A stretch of DNA of 64,000 nucleotides from Gemmatimonadaceae bacterium (GCA_036390715.1 DASWBG010000115.1:13610-77609), one strand, 5' to 3'; shown: positions 28,953-40,378, numbered from the stretch's first letter. Numbers and translations are program-made. The notes: generated by a model from the sequence alone, not told the origin.

Positions 28953-30439
28953 GCGAGATCGCCGAGCTCTTTTATCCGGCCATCCGCTGGGATGCGCTGC
29001 GGGGCTACGAGGGCGAGCGAGATGCGATCGAGCTGGCGCTCAAGCTCGGCGTCGGCGGGTTCATTCTGTTTGGCGGTCCTTCCGAGCAGGTCGCGGTACT
29101 GACGGAGAATCTTCATTCCAAGTCGCGAATTCCGCTCCTGATCGGCGCGGATCTGGAGCGCGGGGCGGGGCAGCAGTTTGCGGGAGAGACCGCCTTGCCT
29201 CCGCTGGCGGCGATCGCTTCGCTGCAGGATGTCCAGGCGGTACGGCGCGCGGCGGCCGTGAGCGCTGCCGAAGCCAGGGAGCTGGGAATCAACTGGATAT
29301 ACGCCCCCGACTGCGATCTCGACGTCGAGCCGAACAATCCGATCATCGGAACGCGCTCATTCGGGAGCGACCCGGATCGGGTTGGTGAATACGCGGCGGC
29401 CTGGATCGACGCCTGTCAGGCGGAAGGCGTGCTCGCGTGCGCAAAACATTTCCCGGGACACGGACGTACGACCGTCGACTCGCACAAGGAGCTGCCCCGT
29501 GTCGATGAGTCGGCGGAGGTGATCCGCGCCACCGACCTCGTTCCATTCCGCCGCGCGATCGAGCGCGGAGTTGCGTCAATCATGACGGCGCACGTAGCAT
29601 TTCCAGCGTTCGACCCAAGTGGCGCGCCGGCGACGCTTTCGCGCGCGATTCTGACCAACCTGCTCCGCAACGAGCTCGAGTTCACGGGTCTCGTGGTCAC
29701 AGACGCACTGATCATGGAGGGCGTGCTGGGAAACGGAGAAGCCGAGGCGGTGGTCCGCGCACTAAACGCCGGATGCGACTGTCTGCTCTATACGGCGAAC
29801 ATCGTCGAATCCGAGCGGGCTATACAAAAGGCGATCGACGACAAACGGCTCGACGCAGACCGGATACACCAGTCGATTGAGCGCCGCCGAAGATGGGCGC
29901 GGTGGGCGTCGCTCTCGCGGGACACGAATCGTGTTGGACGCGACGAAAGCGGATGGGCCATTCAGCTTGCCGAGCAGGTGGTGCACATGGTCCGCGGAAG
30001 GATCCCGCAACTCGAACAGCCATGGAATCTGGTTGTCGTGGATGATGATCTCGGCGGACCATATCCAGCTCCTTCCCGCGATCCTCTCATTTCGGGTTTG
30101 CGCGCGGGCGGAATCGACGTGACCCTGAATGGCGATGCAGCAGTCGGCACGGGTGCCACCGTGATTGCACTTTTTGGTGACATCCGGGCCTGGAAGGGCA
30201 GGCCCGGATATTCGTCTTCGGCCAAGGGAATAGTGCGGCAGACGCTGGAAGCGGCCCAGTCCGGAGATCGCCTCATCGTGCAATTCGGCCATCCGCGGCT
30301 TGCGAACGAGCTGGAAACTGACGCTCCGATTCTATGCGCGTGGGGCGGGGAAGCGGTAATGCAACGCGCAGCCGCACGCGTGCTGCTGCGCGAGGTGGCA
30401 GGCAATAGCGCGGCGAAGGGCGCGAAGGCCGCAGGGTAG
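28949..30439 (+). CDS. nagZ: GH3 beta-N-acetylglucosaminidase (NagZ-like)
   Basis: ADLERG, KHFPGHGRTTVDSH NagZ signature, TDALIM. ATGA overlap with anmK. Confidence 0.9.
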   Translation: MSEIAELFYPAIRWDALRGYEGERDAIELALKLGVGGFILFGGPSEQVAVLTENLHSKSRIPLLIGADLERGAGQQFAGETALPPLAAIASLQDVQAVRRAAAVSAAEARELGINWIYAPDCDLDVEPNNPIIGTRSFGSDPDRVGEYAAAWIDACQAEGVLACAKHFPGHGRTTVDSHKELPRVDESAEVIRATDLVPFRRAIERGVASIMTAHVAFPAFDPSGAPATLSRAILTNLLRNELEFTGLVVTDALIMEGVLGNGEAEAVVRALNAGCDCLLYTANIVESERAIQKAIDDKRLDADRIHQSIERRRRWARWASLSRDTNRVGRDESGWAIQLAEQVVHMVRGRIPQLEQPWNLVVVDDDLGGPYPAPSRDPLISGLRAGGIDVTLNGDAAVGTGATVIALFGDIRAWKGRPGYSSSAKGIVRQTLEAAQSGDRLIVQFGHPRLANELETDAPILCAWGGEAVMQRAAARVLLREVAGNSAAKGAKAAG

Positions 30440-30460
30440 CCGACTTGGAGGAGTAACCGG

Positions 30461-31759
30461 ATGAGCGAGAGCACTACGAAAACGTCGGCCTTTCGAGTCT
30501 TCGGGCAGCCGAAGATGGCGGTGCTTCTCTTCCTTGGCTTTTCGTCGGGGCTGCCGTTCTATCTCACCAGCAAGACTCTCCAGGCGTGGATGACGACGGC
30601 GAAAGTCGATCTCGCCACCATCGGCTTCTTCAGTCTCGTCACGCTCCCGTATTCGCTCAAGTTCGTGTGGGCTCCTTTGATGGACCGATACGTCCCGCCG
30701 TTCCTCGGTCGCCGCCGTGGTTGGGTGTTCATAACGCAGGTGCTACTGCTCCTCGCGATCGCGGCAATGTCGCTGCACGACCCTCGGACCGGACTGAAGA
30801 TGCTGGCGATCAATGCGATCGCGATCACCTTCTTCAGCGCGTCGCAGGATATCTCGCTCGACGCGTATCGCACCGACGTCCTTCGAGATCGCGAAATGGG
30901 CGCTGGCGCCGCGGTGTTCGTGATGGGCTATCGCATCGCGATGATCACGACCGGTGCTCTCGCCTTCTTTCTGGCCGATCGAATGCCGTGGCCAACGGTG
31001 TATCTCGTCCTTTCGCTGCTGATGATCATCGGGATCGCGACCACATTCATCGCACCCGAGCCGGTTCTGAATGACGCGCCCCCGAGAACTCTGGTGGAAG
31101 CTGTCGTGCTGCCGTTCGCCGATTTTTTTCAACGCATCGGCGTGCTGCGGGCGCTGCTGGTGCTGCTCTTTATTGTGGCCTACAAATATTCGGATAGTCT
31201 TGCCGGCAGCATGACGACTCCGTTCCTCCTTCAGACCGGCTTTTCTCAGAGCGAGGTGGGGGCGGTATTTCTGGGCGTCGGGGTTGTTGCCACGATCGTC
31301 GGTGTTGTGGTCGCCGGCGCAGTGATGGGGAGCCTGGGGATCAATCGCTCTCTATGGATCTTCGTGGTGTTCCAGGGCCTGAGCAATCTCACCTACTATG
31401 GCCTGTCCCTTTCCGGGAAGAACCACGGCTTCATGGTGGCTGCCATCATTACCGAGAACTTCGGCTTGGGCCTGGTCACCGGGGGAATGACCGCCTACTT
31501 GATGGAGATGTGCAACAAGCGCTTTACTGCCACGCAGTTCGCACTGCTCTCGAGCCTCCTGGCCGCCAGTAGGGATATACTTGTCGCTCCCGCCGGAAAG
31601 ATTGCGGAGTCGCTGGGGTGGCCGGGATTCTTCCTCCTGACCGTCGCGATGGCGATTCCGCCGCTGCTGCTGCTGCCATTCATTGCGCCCTGGTCGCGCG
31701 ATGTTCCGATCGGCGCCGCGCCTCACACCGGTGAGACCGTGCCGGCGAAAGTCGCTTAG
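30461..31759 (+). CDS. ampG: Muropeptide MFS transporter
   Basis: LGFSSGLP, KFVWAP, GRRRGW, ASQDISLDAYR, ATQFALLSS. Confidence 0.93.
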   Translation: MSESTTKTSAFRVFGQPKMAVLLFLGFSSGLPFYLTSKTLQAWMTTAKVDLATIGFFSLVTLPYSLKFVWAPLMDRYVPPFLGRRRGWVFITQVLLLLAIAAMSLHDPRTGLKMLAINAIAITFFSASQDISLDAYRTDVLRDREMGAGAAVFVMGYRIAMITTGALAFFLADRMPWPTVYLVLSLLMIIGIATTFIAPEPVLNDAPPRTLVEAVVLPFADFFQRIGVLRALLVLLFIVAYKYSDSLAGSMTTPFLLQTGFSQSEVGAVFLGVGVVATIVGVVVAGAVMGSLGINRSLWIFVVFQGLSNLTYYGLSLSGKNHGFMVAAIITENFGLGLVTGGMTAYLMEMCNKRFTATQFALLSSLLAASRDILVAPAGKIAESLGWPGFFLLTVAMAIPPLLLLPFIAPWSRDVPIGAAPHTGETVPAKVA

Positions 31760-32619
31760 CCCTTGCCGCCGCGGCGATAGTTCTCCTCAGGGGTACGAAG
31801 CCGCGCCGTGACGACCGTCACGTTGTCTGGCGCGCCGGTGTGCATCGCTTCTTCGATGAGCGCCTTGCAGATGTCTTCCGGCCGTCCCGCGCCACGAGCG
31901 ATGCGTCCGATCTCCTCGGGCGACACCTGGTTCGACAGGCCGTCACTACAGAGCACGAGGATATCGTCGTTGTCCAGCTTAACGCGATAGAAATCCGTGA
32001 CGACCTTCTCCTCCGGGCCGAGCGCCTGAAGGATGATGTTGCGATGCTCGCTCTGCGCCGCTTCCTTCGCCGTCATACGGCCGGCGTCGATCAGTCGCTG
32101 CACGAATGACTGATCCTTGGTCAGCTGCTTCGCGGCGCCTTTGCGAACCAGATAGGCGCGGCTGTCGCCAACCTGCGCTATGAACGCCTCGCCATCGAGT
32201 ACGAGCGCGAGCGTCGTGGTTGTGCCCATGCCATGGTGCTCGGGCGATGTGTTGGCTGTCTGGTAGATCGCTCTGTTCGCGACGTCGATCCCGCGCTTGA
32301 GTGCGGCCTCGACCGATTCGGGCGTGCGCTTGGGGACCTTGTGCCACCAGCGGTGGAGCTCGCTGAGAATCGTCTCGGTCGCGATGGAGCTGGCGAGTGC
32401 GCCAGACGCGGCTCCGCCGACGCCGTCGGCGACGATGAGGATGAATGGCGCGGTGTGGACGGAAACCAGAGCTGGCGCGCTCATCGTCGCGATGTCGCCG
32501 GTCTCCAGATTCGCAATCAAAAAGGAATCCTGATTGTCATGCCTAATCAGGCCGACATTCGAGATCCCGAAAATTTCTGCAATCAATTTTGGCTCGAAAG
32601 GAGCGGAGTCTGCGGTCAC
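31756..32619 (-). CDS. PP2C/PPM Ser/Thr phosphatase
   Basis: RHDNQD, ADGVGG, GMGTT, VGDSRAY, CSDGL, DNVT. Likely GTG start at 32619. Confidence 0.93.
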   Translation of the reverse strand: MTADSAPFEPKLIAEIFGISNVGLIRHDNQDSFLIANLETGDIATMSAPALVSVHTAPFILIVADGVGGAASGALASSIATETILSELHRWWHKVPKRTPESVEAALKRGIDVANRAIYQTANTSPEHHGMGTTTTLALVLDGEAFIAQVGDSRAYLVRKGAAKQLTKDQSFVQRLIDAGRMTAKEAAQSEHRNIILQALGPEEKVVTDFYRVKLDNDDILVLCSDGLSNQVSPEEIGRIARGAGRPEDICKALIEEAMHTGAPDNVTVVTARLRTPEENYRRGGKG

Positions 32620-32734
32620 GGGAGAAGCGAGCGTCCCGGGTGCGACAAAGATAGTGAAACGAATACAACGGGGCACTACCCATGCGTATTACAAAGACTT
32701 ATACCGCATTGCACTTGCAACCTGGAATTCGACA

Positions 32735-34429
32735 ATGAAAGGTTTGACTTATGGGGTTTTTACCTGTTGCGTCGTGATGGCGGCCGCGTCGTGCGGCCCC
32801 GCGACAGGTCGATCCGTGCCTGCTCCCGTTCCCGTGATCGTTCCCCCTCTCGTTCCCGCGCCGATTCCTCCCCCTCCCAGTCCGAAGCTGCCACCAGTTC
32901 CCGAGGTGCACGGGCCGCTGCAGATCAACGTCACGTATCCCAAGCCCGAGCAGCTACTCACCGTTCGCGACTCGAATTTCATATTCGGCAGCGTTGGAAC
33001 GGGAAGCGCCGCGCTTCGCATCAACGGAGTCGCCGTACCTGTCTGGCCGAATGGCGCGTTCATGGGATGGCTCCCGGTTCCACCCGATAGCGCTCCTCAC
33101 TACGAGCTGCTCGCGAGGAACGGGACCGAGAGTGCGCGGCTCGTTCTGCCGGTCAGGATTCCGCCTCTCCCAGACACCACGCACCGAGAGAAGGTTGTCG
33201 GCGATACACTGCAACCAGTTCCATCGCCAGATACGCTCCTACCAGTTCCAGGAAATGTCTATGTGATGCTTGGCGCACCCGCGTCGACCGTGGACGATAC
33301 GGACCGGGTGACGATCGCGCGCCCCGCTCCGGGGAATGGACAGGAATACAAGTGGTTCCTCTTCCCGCGCACCGTGGTGAAGATCACCGGTGCGGTCAAG
33401 GCGAGCGGGGATGATTTCGTTCGCATCCAGCTCGATTCGACGCAGGAGGCATGGGTTCTCCGCAGTGAGCTCCAGGCGCACAATATCTCGACCATTACGC
33501 CCGGGAAGTTCGTCGGCGACACGACTGCTCCCGTACGGCGGATCGGAGCGATTCGCATCGAACCCGGCCCGGATTGGATCGACGTGTCAATCCCCATGAC
33601 GGGACCGCCGCCGCCTTATCTCGTCGAGGAAACAGATCGGACCATCTCGCTCCTGCTGTACGGCGTTACCGGCGCGCCCGTCGTCTCGATGATGGCGGAG
33701 CCGAGCGACTCGTATTTCAATAGCATCAGCTCCTCCACTCCGGAACAGAGCAGGGTGCGCTATACAATCAATCTCAACGGCGCTCCGTTCGGTTACCTGG
33801 CGCTCTGGCAGAACGGTACCTTGATCTTCAGGGTGCGGCGCCCGCCGAGAATCGCGGATGCCGCGTCTCCGCTCCGCGGCCTCACGATCACCGTGGACCC
33901 GGGACATCCTCCCGCCGGAGCGACGGGTCCCACGCTGTTCTATGAAGGCGACGCCGTCCTGCAGGTCGGCTTCAGAGTGCGCGACTTGCTCGCGCAGCGT
34001 GGGGTCAATGTCGTGATGACGCGCACCACCCCAGATCCGGTCGATCTCGGATTGCGTGCCATCATCAGCCGCCGCGCGAATGCTCACGCGTTCGTCTCCA
34101 TCCACCTCAATGCTTTCCCCGACGGCGTCAATCCATTTGTCAACAACGGGTCTTTGACGCTTTATTTCTGGCCGCACTCGATTCCATTGGGTCTGGCAAC
34201 TCAAGCGGCGCTCCTCGCCGAGCTGGGGCTGCGTGACAACGGAACGAAATTCCAGAATATTGCGGTAGCTCGCGGGACATGGATGCCATCGATTCTCACA
34301 GAGGGAGCTTTCATCATCATGCCGGATCAGGAAGCAGCGCTGAGGACGCCGACGTATCAGGAGGCCTACGCCAACGCGATAGTGCGCGGACTCGAGACCT
34401 ACTTCGCATCGCTGGCCAAAAAGCCGTGA
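32735..34429 (+). CDS. Lipoprotein N-acetylmuramoyl-L-alanine amidase (Amidase_3)
   Basis: Lipobox AASC; VDPGH, YE, SIHLNA, ILTE residues. Confidence 0.9.
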   Translation: MKGLTYGVFTCCVVMAAASCGPATGRSVPAPVPVIVPPLVPAPIPPPPSPKLPPVPEVHGPLQINVTYPKPEQLLTVRDSNFIFGSVGTGSAALRINGVAVPVWPNGAFMGWLPVPPDSAPHYELLARNGTESARLVLPVRIPPLPDTTHREKVVGDTLQPVPSPDTLLPVPGNVYVMLGAPASTVDDTDRVTIARPAPGNGQEYKWFLFPRTVVKITGAVKASGDDFVRIQLDSTQEAWVLRSELQAHNISTITPGKFVGDTTAPVRRIGAIRIEPGPDWIDVSIPMTGPPPPYLVEETDRTISLLLYGVTGAPVVSMMAEPSDSYFNSISSSTPEQSRVRYTINLNGAPFGYLALWQNGTLIFRVRRPPRIADAASPLRGLTITVDPGHPPAGATGPTLFYEGDAVLQVGFRVRDLLAQRGVNVVMTRTTPDPVDLGLRAIISRRANAHAFVSIHLNAFPDGVNPFVNNGSLTLYFWPHSIPLGLATQAALLAELGLRDNGTKFQNIAVARGTWMPSILTEGAFIIMPDQEAALRTPTYQEAYANAIVRGLETYFASLAKKP

Positions 34430-37374
34430 GATCGATCGCGCTCGCGGCCGCGCTACTCTTCTGGGCGGCGCGGGCCGCGGGGGCACAGCTCCCTCCCAAC
34501 GAGCATTGGCGCACGCTGCGTACGCAGCATTTCCGCGTGCACTTTACCGCTTCTGTCGAAGAACAGGCGCGCAGGGCCGCCGTCAACGCCGAGCGTGCGT
34601 ACGCTGAGCTGTCGACGGAGCTCGTCCCGCCGCGCGGGACAATCGATCTCGTCATCTCGGACAACGTCGACTTCGTGAATGGCTACGCGACGCCATTCCC
34701 ATCGAATCGAATCGTCGTCTATTCGCACCCACCCACGGATGCTTCCGGTCTCCGCGACTACGATGACTGGAACGCCCTCGTCGTCACCCACGAGCTCACG
34801 CACATTTTCCATCTCGATCGCTCGCGTGGAATCTGGGCGTTCGGCCAGGCGATCTTCGGCAGGAATCCGCTGCTCTTTCCGAATCTGTACGAGCCCCGGT
34901 GGGTTCTGGAAGGGCTCGCGGTTTATTTCGAGTCGCGATTGACAGGAGTGGGGCGTCTTGAAAGCTCCGAGCACTCGATGGTCGCACGCGCGGCGGCGCT
35001 CGCCAATGGCGTGCCGACGCTCCAGGAGCTGTCACCGGGCACGTCGCGTTTTCCCGGTGGGGAGGTGATCTACGTCTACGGCTCGCTGCTATTTGACTTC
35101 CTGTCGCGCACGCGCGGCCCCGGCAGCATTCGGCAGTTTGTCGAGAGCGGCGCGAAGACTCCGTTTCCTTTCATTCTTACTCTGACCTCGCGAAACGCGT
35201 TCGGCATGTCGTTCCAGACGGCTTGGGAACATTGGCGCGACTCGCTCGTGCGCGAGATGCACGCGCCGCACGAAGTGATGCCGGGCTGGCGTCAGGTCAC
35301 CAACGCCGGGCGCATTACGCTTTTTCCTCGCTGGCTCAGCGATACCACCCTCATTTTTGCGGGCGACAGGGGGCGTGAGACGCCCTCAGCGTATACGGTG
35401 ACTCTTTCGGGACGCGAGACGCGACTCGGCCGGCGCAATGGAACAAGTCCCAACGTGAAAATGCCTGACGGCAGCATTCTCTTCTCGCAGCCCGACTACC
35501 TGGATCCGTACCACATCAGGAATGACCTCTATGTCGAGAAAGGCGGATCGCAGACGCGGCTCACGATTGGGGCGCGATTGACCGCGCCCGACGTACGCGC
35601 CGATGGAGAGATCGTCGCAGTGCAGGACGAGCCGGCAACTACCAGGTTGGTGCGGCTCTCACGCGACGGACGAACGCTCGTTCCGATCACGTCGACGAAC
35701 ATCGACGTGCAGTGGTCGGAGCCGCGCTGGTCTCCAGATGGCTCCCGCATCGCCGCCGTGAAACAGAGCCTCGGAAGATCCGAAATTGTTCTCTTGGATT
35801 CTGCCGGGAAGGCGATCGATTCCTTCGGGGCGACGCACGCGATCAACTCGAGTCCGAGCTGGTCGCCTGACGGCCGGCGCATCTACTTCAGCTCCGAGCG
35901 AAATGGCTCTCCACAGATCTATGTCGCGGATGTGACGACGTTCGCGCCCAGTTTGGCGCGTGTCAGTGACGCTGCCACTGGTGTCTTCAACCCGGAGGTA
36001 TCGCCTGGTCAGACCGAGCTGGCGACGCTGCTGTTCAAGGCGGACGGGTTTCACCTCGGGGTTGCTCCGCTGTCGTCGGTCGTGCGACTGGCCGATGCTG
36101 ACAGCACGAGGATAAGTCCGCGTGCTGCCTGCGCGAACTGCCTGGCGATCATGCCCGGGCTCGCACCGCCTGGCACGGCCGACACTTCTCACGCGACGGA
36201 TTATTCGCCGTGGCTGTCCCTGCTGCCGCGCTACTGGATTCCGGTTTTTGAGAGCAGCACCACCGATGGATCATCATGGGGCGCAGCTACCAGCGGCTCC
36301 GACATCGTCGATCGCCACGACTATGTCATCGAAGCTCTTCACAATTCTCGCTGGGCCGAGAATTCGGCGTGGCTCTGGTATAGGTACTCGGGATTCGGAC
36401 TGCCGCTGATCGATCTGTACGCGTCGCAGAACTACTCGAATGCGAACTTCGTCCTCGTCGACAATGCCGGAAACGCCAGTCCGCCATTCGGCTTCATGGA
36501 GCGCGAGAGAATTGTATCGCTGCAGGCGACCTTCATTCGTCCGCGTTTTCGAAGCTATACACTCGCCTCCATCGGAGGAGAGCTCGAGGGCCTCGAATAC
36601 TCCACGCGACCGGACACTGTGCTTAGGCATTTATCGTCCTTCTTCTCGGAGGGACACAACTATCCGGCGTTGATCGCGTCGGCCGGGTGGTCGAACGCGC
36701 AGCGCCCGGGCTTGAGCATCTCACCCGAGGATGGAATCAGTGCCGCGGTGAACGGACGCCAGCGTTGGCAAGGAGGCACCACTGGCGGCTCGACTCGCAG
36801 TCTCGTGGGCGTCACATCGGTCTACAAGTCGATCGATCTCCCGGGCTTTGCGCATCACGTGCTGGCGCTTCGGGCAGCGGGCGGGATCACCGACGACAGA
36901 AGTCCCGACCTGTTCTCGGCCGGCGGAATCAGCGGGACATCGCTGGAAGCGTTCCCTGGATTTTCTGTCGGTCAACAGCGACGAACTTTTGGCGTACGTG
37001 GGTATCCCGCGGGAGCTGAAGGCGGAATTCGCGCGTATTCCGCCGCGGTCGAGTATCGGGCGCCACTCGGAGCACCATCACGCGGCTATCGATTCATCCC
37101 GGTCTTCGTCGATCGGACTTCGCTGTCGCTTTTCGGCGAGACGGGCCGGGCGTTCTGTCCCGCAAGCGCCGATATCACGAATGGAGTCTGCGGTGCCGGC
37201 AATATCGGGAATCCAGTGATGACTTCCGCCGGCGCCGAGCTCAATATCGACACCGGAGTTCAGCTCGACGTGCAGGCGCGCATTCGGTTGGGACTCGCTT
37301 TTCCGCTGATCAATCGAGAGCAGCTCGGAGCGGCGAAGGCGCAGGTGTATGGAACGTTCGGAGCTTCGTTCTGA
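34426..37374 (+). CDS. Outer-membrane protein: gluzincin-like peptidase, TolB/PD40 propeller and Omp85-like barrel
   Basis: Signal peptide; HELTH..EGLA; WSPDG repeats; GVRGY, AVEYR and terminal FGASF. Confidence 0.8.
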   Translation: MRSIALAAALLFWAARAAGAQLPPNEHWRTLRTQHFRVHFTASVEEQARRAAVNAERAYAELSTELVPPRGTIDLVISDNVDFVNGYATPFPSNRIVVYSHPPTDASGLRDYDDWNALVVTHELTHIFHLDRSRGIWAFGQAIFGRNPLLFPNLYEPRWVLEGLAVYFESRLTGVGRLESSEHSMVARAAALANGVPTLQELSPGTSRFPGGEVIYVYGSLLFDFLSRTRGPGSIRQFVESGAKTPFPFILTLTSRNAFGMSFQTAWEHWRDSLVREMHAPHEVMPGWRQVTNAGRITLFPRWLSDTTLIFAGDRGRETPSAYTVTLSGRETRLGRRNGTSPNVKMPDGSILFSQPDYLDPYHIRNDLYVEKGGSQTRLTIGARLTAPDVRADGEIVAVQDEPATTRLVRLSRDGRTLVPITSTNIDVQWSEPRWSPDGSRIAAVKQSLGRSEIVLLDSAGKAIDSFGATHAINSSPSWSPDGRRIYFSSERNGSPQIYVADVTTFAPSLARVSDAATGVFNPEVSPGQTELATLLFKADGFHLGVAPLSSVVRLADADSTRISPRAACANCLAIMPGLAPPGTADTSHATDYSPWLSLLPRYWIPVFESSTTDGSSWGAATSGSDIVDRHDYVIEALHNSRWAENSAWLWYRYSGFGLPLIDLYASQNYSNANFVLVDNAGNASPPFGFMERERIVSLQATFIRPRFRSYTLASIGGELEGLEYSTRPDTVLRHLSSFFSEGHNYPALIASAGWSNAQRPGLSISPEDGISAAVNGRQRWQGGTTGGSTRSLVGVTSVYKSIDLPGFAHHVLALRAAGGITDDRSPDLFSAGGISGTSLEAFPGFSVGQQRRTFGVRGYPAGAEGGIRAYSAAVEYRAPLGAPSRGYRFIPVFVDRTSLSLFGETGRAFCPASADITNGVCGAGNIGNPVMTSAGAELNIDTGVQLDVQARIRLGLAFPLINREQLGAAKAQVYGTFGASF

Positions 37375-37813
37375 GCCGGAAGCGGCGCGTGTATCTAAGC
37401 AAAGGCATTGTTTTGAAGTAGACCTCCAACGCCGCCTCTCGCCGACCTTCGGTTCTGTTTTTCACGCGGCGATCAGCGATCTATTCGCTTTGCGGCGATC
37501 TAAGTGCAGACGCCCGGTGTACTTAGAGGAGAGGGGACAACCGCCATTCTTTTCCGCAGGCGGTGCGTGATATGCAACGCTTGCTTGATAGATCTCGATT
37601 CACGTCAAAGTGGGAAAATCAGGGTCGAGCATCTATTAGTGATGTGGATTACGTAAAGCGTTGTCATGTAAAGAGATAGGTTTACACTGGCGCGGACTCA
37701 CGAATACCGGTAGTATCCCTGCCCGCATCGAAATCTTCGATGCCCAAGCGTGCAGTTCCAAGTCCGTCGTCTTCTTACTTGACACCCTTTCTATACTGCG
37801 GAGAGTTGTACTA

Positions 37814-40297
37814 ATGCCCATACCTGCCGTCCCGCCCCAAGGCGAAGCCCAGCTGAATGACAACGCGCGGACCGTGATCGGAAAGAGATATCTGATCAAG
37901 GACGGGACGGGCACGCCTGTGGAGCAGCCGGAAGACATGTTCTGGCGCGTTGCGGGAACGGTCGCTGAAGCAGACCGTCGCTATGGAGCAAGCGACAGCG
38001 AGGTCACGGGGATGGCGGAGGACTTCTACCGCCTGATGGTAGAGCGCCGCTTCGAGCCGAATTCTCCGACGCTCATGAACGCGGGACGTCCGCTCGGACA
38101 GCTGTCCGCGTGCTTCGTTCTTCCTATAGAGGACGCGCTCTCCAACGGGCGCGACGGGATTTACGACACGCTGCGCGCGATGGCGCTCATTCATCAGTCA
38201 GGTGGCGGGACCGGTTTTGGGTTCTCGAAGCTCCGTGGCAAGGGCTCGATGGTCCGCTCGACGACTGGAGTCGCGTCCGGTCCGGTGTCGTTCATGAAGC
38301 TCTACGACGCGTCGACGGATGCGGTGAAGCAGGGCGGCACGCGACGCGGCGCCAACATGGGAATTCTGCGCGTCGACCATCCAGACATCATGGATTTCAT
38401 CAGCTGCAAGGAAGACTTGACGCAGATTACGAACTTCAACATCTCGGTTGCCGTCACTGACAAGTTCATGACGGCGGTGAAAAACGGCACGGGCTACGAT
38501 CTCATCGATCCAAGCAATGGCAAGGTCACGGGCCAGCTCGATGCGCGCACAGTCTGGGACAAGATGATCGACGGAGCGTGGAGGACGGGTGAACCAGGCT
38601 GCTTCTTTATCGACGAAGCGAACCGCTACAATCCGGTGCCGCACGTCGGACAGTACGAAGCGACGAATCCCTGCGGCGAGCAGCCGCTCCTGCCATACGA
38701 CGTGTGCAACCTCGGCTCGATCAACGTCGGGTATTACGTGAAGGATGCGCAGATGGATTGGGACGCGCTCAAGCGCGACATCCACCTCTCCGTTCACTTC
38801 CTCGACAACATCATCGACGTCAACAAATACCCGCTTCCCGAGATCGACGCTCTCTCCAAGAGAATTCGGCGCATCGGCTTCGGCATCATGGGCTTCGCTG
38901 ACGCACTCGTGCGACTTGGCATCGCTTACAACACGATCGAAGGCGTCGAGTTTGGACGTCAGCTACAGAAGTTCGTCGACGTCGAGTCCAAGAGGGAGAG
39001 CGAGAGGCTGGCCAACGAGCGCGGACCGTTTCCCGAGTGGGCCAGATCGATCTGGGGGCCCGCCGAAACGTGCGCGCGTGATGCCAGGGGTAATCGAGTT
39101 CGCCCGATGCAGATGCTGCGCAATTGCAACGTCAACACGATCGCACCAACAGGTACGATCTCGATCATCGCGGGCTGCTCGTCGGGTATCGAGCCGCTTT
39201 TTGCCGTTGCGTTCATGCGGAATCAGGCCGGCGCGCTGATGCCGGATGTGAACGAGGACTTCGTCGCGATCGCGAAAAGGGAAGGCTGGTACTCCGATGA
39301 GCTGATGGAAAAGATCGCGAAGGAAGGGCACATTCATTTCGACGAAGTTCCGACCCAGTGGCAGCGCGTCTTCGTCACAGCCCACGACATCACGCCCGAG
39401 TGGCACGTCAGAATGCAGGCGGCTTTTCAGGAGAACTGCGACTCTGCGATTTCCAAGACGACCAACTTCCCGCACGCGGCGAGTCCCGACGATGTGCGCG
39501 AGATCTACGAGCTTGCCTACGCGCTCAAATGCAAGGGCGTGACGGTGTATCGCGACGGCTCGCGGGACAATCAGGTTCTGTCGACCGGCGCGACCGTGCA
39601 GGCGCAGGCGGAGCGCGACGGCAGAGCGGAAAGAGGCGAGCTGCACGGCACCATCGCGGAGCTCGAGGCCGACAACGCCAGGCTCAAACAGGCGCTGTTC
39701 GATGCGGAAGCCGAGAATCTTCAGCGTCGCGCCAAGAGAGCGCGTCCGGACACCCTGCGCGGAATCACCACGCGCATCGAGACGCCGCTCGGCACCATGT
39801 TCCTCAACATCACCGAGGATGATCGTGGCCAGCCCTTCGAGGTATTCATCAATCTCGGGAAGGCGGGCGGAGCGGCGATGGCGGATGCCGAGGCGATTGG
39901 ACGCCTCATTTCGCTGGCGCTGCGATCGGGAATTCCAATTCGGGAAGTGCACCGTCAGCTGCGCGGCATCGCGTCGGATAAGGCAATTGGCCTCGGACCC
40001 AACAAGGTATTGTCCGTCCCCGATGCGATAGGAATTGCGCTCGAGAAATGGATGCGGGAGAAGCAGGGCGTGCAACAAGACCTCGGCGGTGCGCTCTCGG
40101 TGCCACCGGTTGAAATCGTACAGCCCAATCCATCACCGTTAGTCAATTCCGCTGAAGCAGGTCAGACGCAATTCGGATTCGACGCAGTCAATCGTAGCGA
40201 GTCTTTCATCGGCACGTGTCCGGATTGCGGATCGTCGCTCGAGTTCGCCGAGGGCTGCGCCAAATGTCACGTGTGCGGTTTCAGCGAATGCGGGTGA
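37814..40297 (+). CDS. nrdJ: Class II (B12-dependent) ribonucleotide reductase with C-terminal TSCPD/Zn-ribbon
   Basis: [52 protein letters not shown]. Confidence 0.96.
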   Translation: MPIPAVPPQGEAQLNDNARTVIGKRYLIKDGTGTPVEQPEDMFWRVAGTVAEADRRYGASDSEVTGMAEDFYRLMVERRFEPNSPTLMNAGRPLGQLSACFVLPIEDALSNGRDGIYDTLRAMALIHQSGGGTGFGFSKLRGKGSMVRSTTGVASGPVSFMKLYDASTDAVKQGGTRRGANMGILRVDHPDIMDFISCKEDLTQITNFNISVAVTDKFMTAVKNGTGYDLIDPSNGKVTGQLDARTVWDKMIDGAWRTGEPGCFFIDEANRYNPVPHVGQYEATNPCGEQPLLPYDVCNLGSINVGYYVKDAQMDWDALKRDIHLSVHFLDNIIDVNKYPLPEIDALSKRIRRIGFGIMGFADALVRLGIAYNTIEGVEFGRQLQKFVDVESKRESERLANERGPFPEWARSIWGPAETCARDARGNRVRPMQMLRNCNVNTIAPTGTISIIAGCSSGIEPLFAVAFMRNQAGALMPDVNEDFVAIAKREGWYSDELMEKIAKEGHIHFDEVPTQWQRVFVTAHDITPEWHVRMQAAFQENCDSAISKTTNFPHAASPDDVREIYELAYALKCKGVTVYRDGSRDNQVLSTGATVQAQAERDGRAERGELHGTIAELEADNARLKQALFDAEAENLQRRAKRARPDTLRGITTRIETPLGTMFLNITEDDRGQPFEVFINLGKAGGAAMADAEAIGRLISLALRSGIPIREVHRQLRGIASDKAIGLGPNKVLSVPDAIGIALEKWMREKQGVQQDLGGALSVPPVEIVQPNPSPLVNSAEAGQTQFGFDAVNRSESFIGTCPDCGSSLEFAEGCAKCHVCGFSECG

Positions 40298-40320
40298 TGT
40301 AGACTTTGCGCTCAGAGACG

Positions 40321-40356
40321 GAAACGCCGGGCAGTCACGCCCGGCGTTTTCTTTTT
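40321..40356 (+). terminator. Intrinsic terminator
   Basis: AAACGCCGGGC-agtcac-GCCCGGCGTTT followed by TCTTTTT. Confidence 0.88.
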
Positions 40357-40378
40357 GGGTAATCGACGCGAGGAGGCG

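Noticed and set aside
37375-37813. Cobalamin riboswitch or NrdR boxes upstream of nrdJ
   Set aside because: No B12-box or convincing tandem NrdR palindromes recognised, and TTGACA/TATACT near 37779 are only 7 nt apart. A covariance-model or PWM scan is needed.
37814-40297. Intein or intron in nrdJ
   Set aside because: The ORF is continuous with normal motif spacing; the extra C-terminal part is a coiled coil plus TSCPD/Zn-ribbon.
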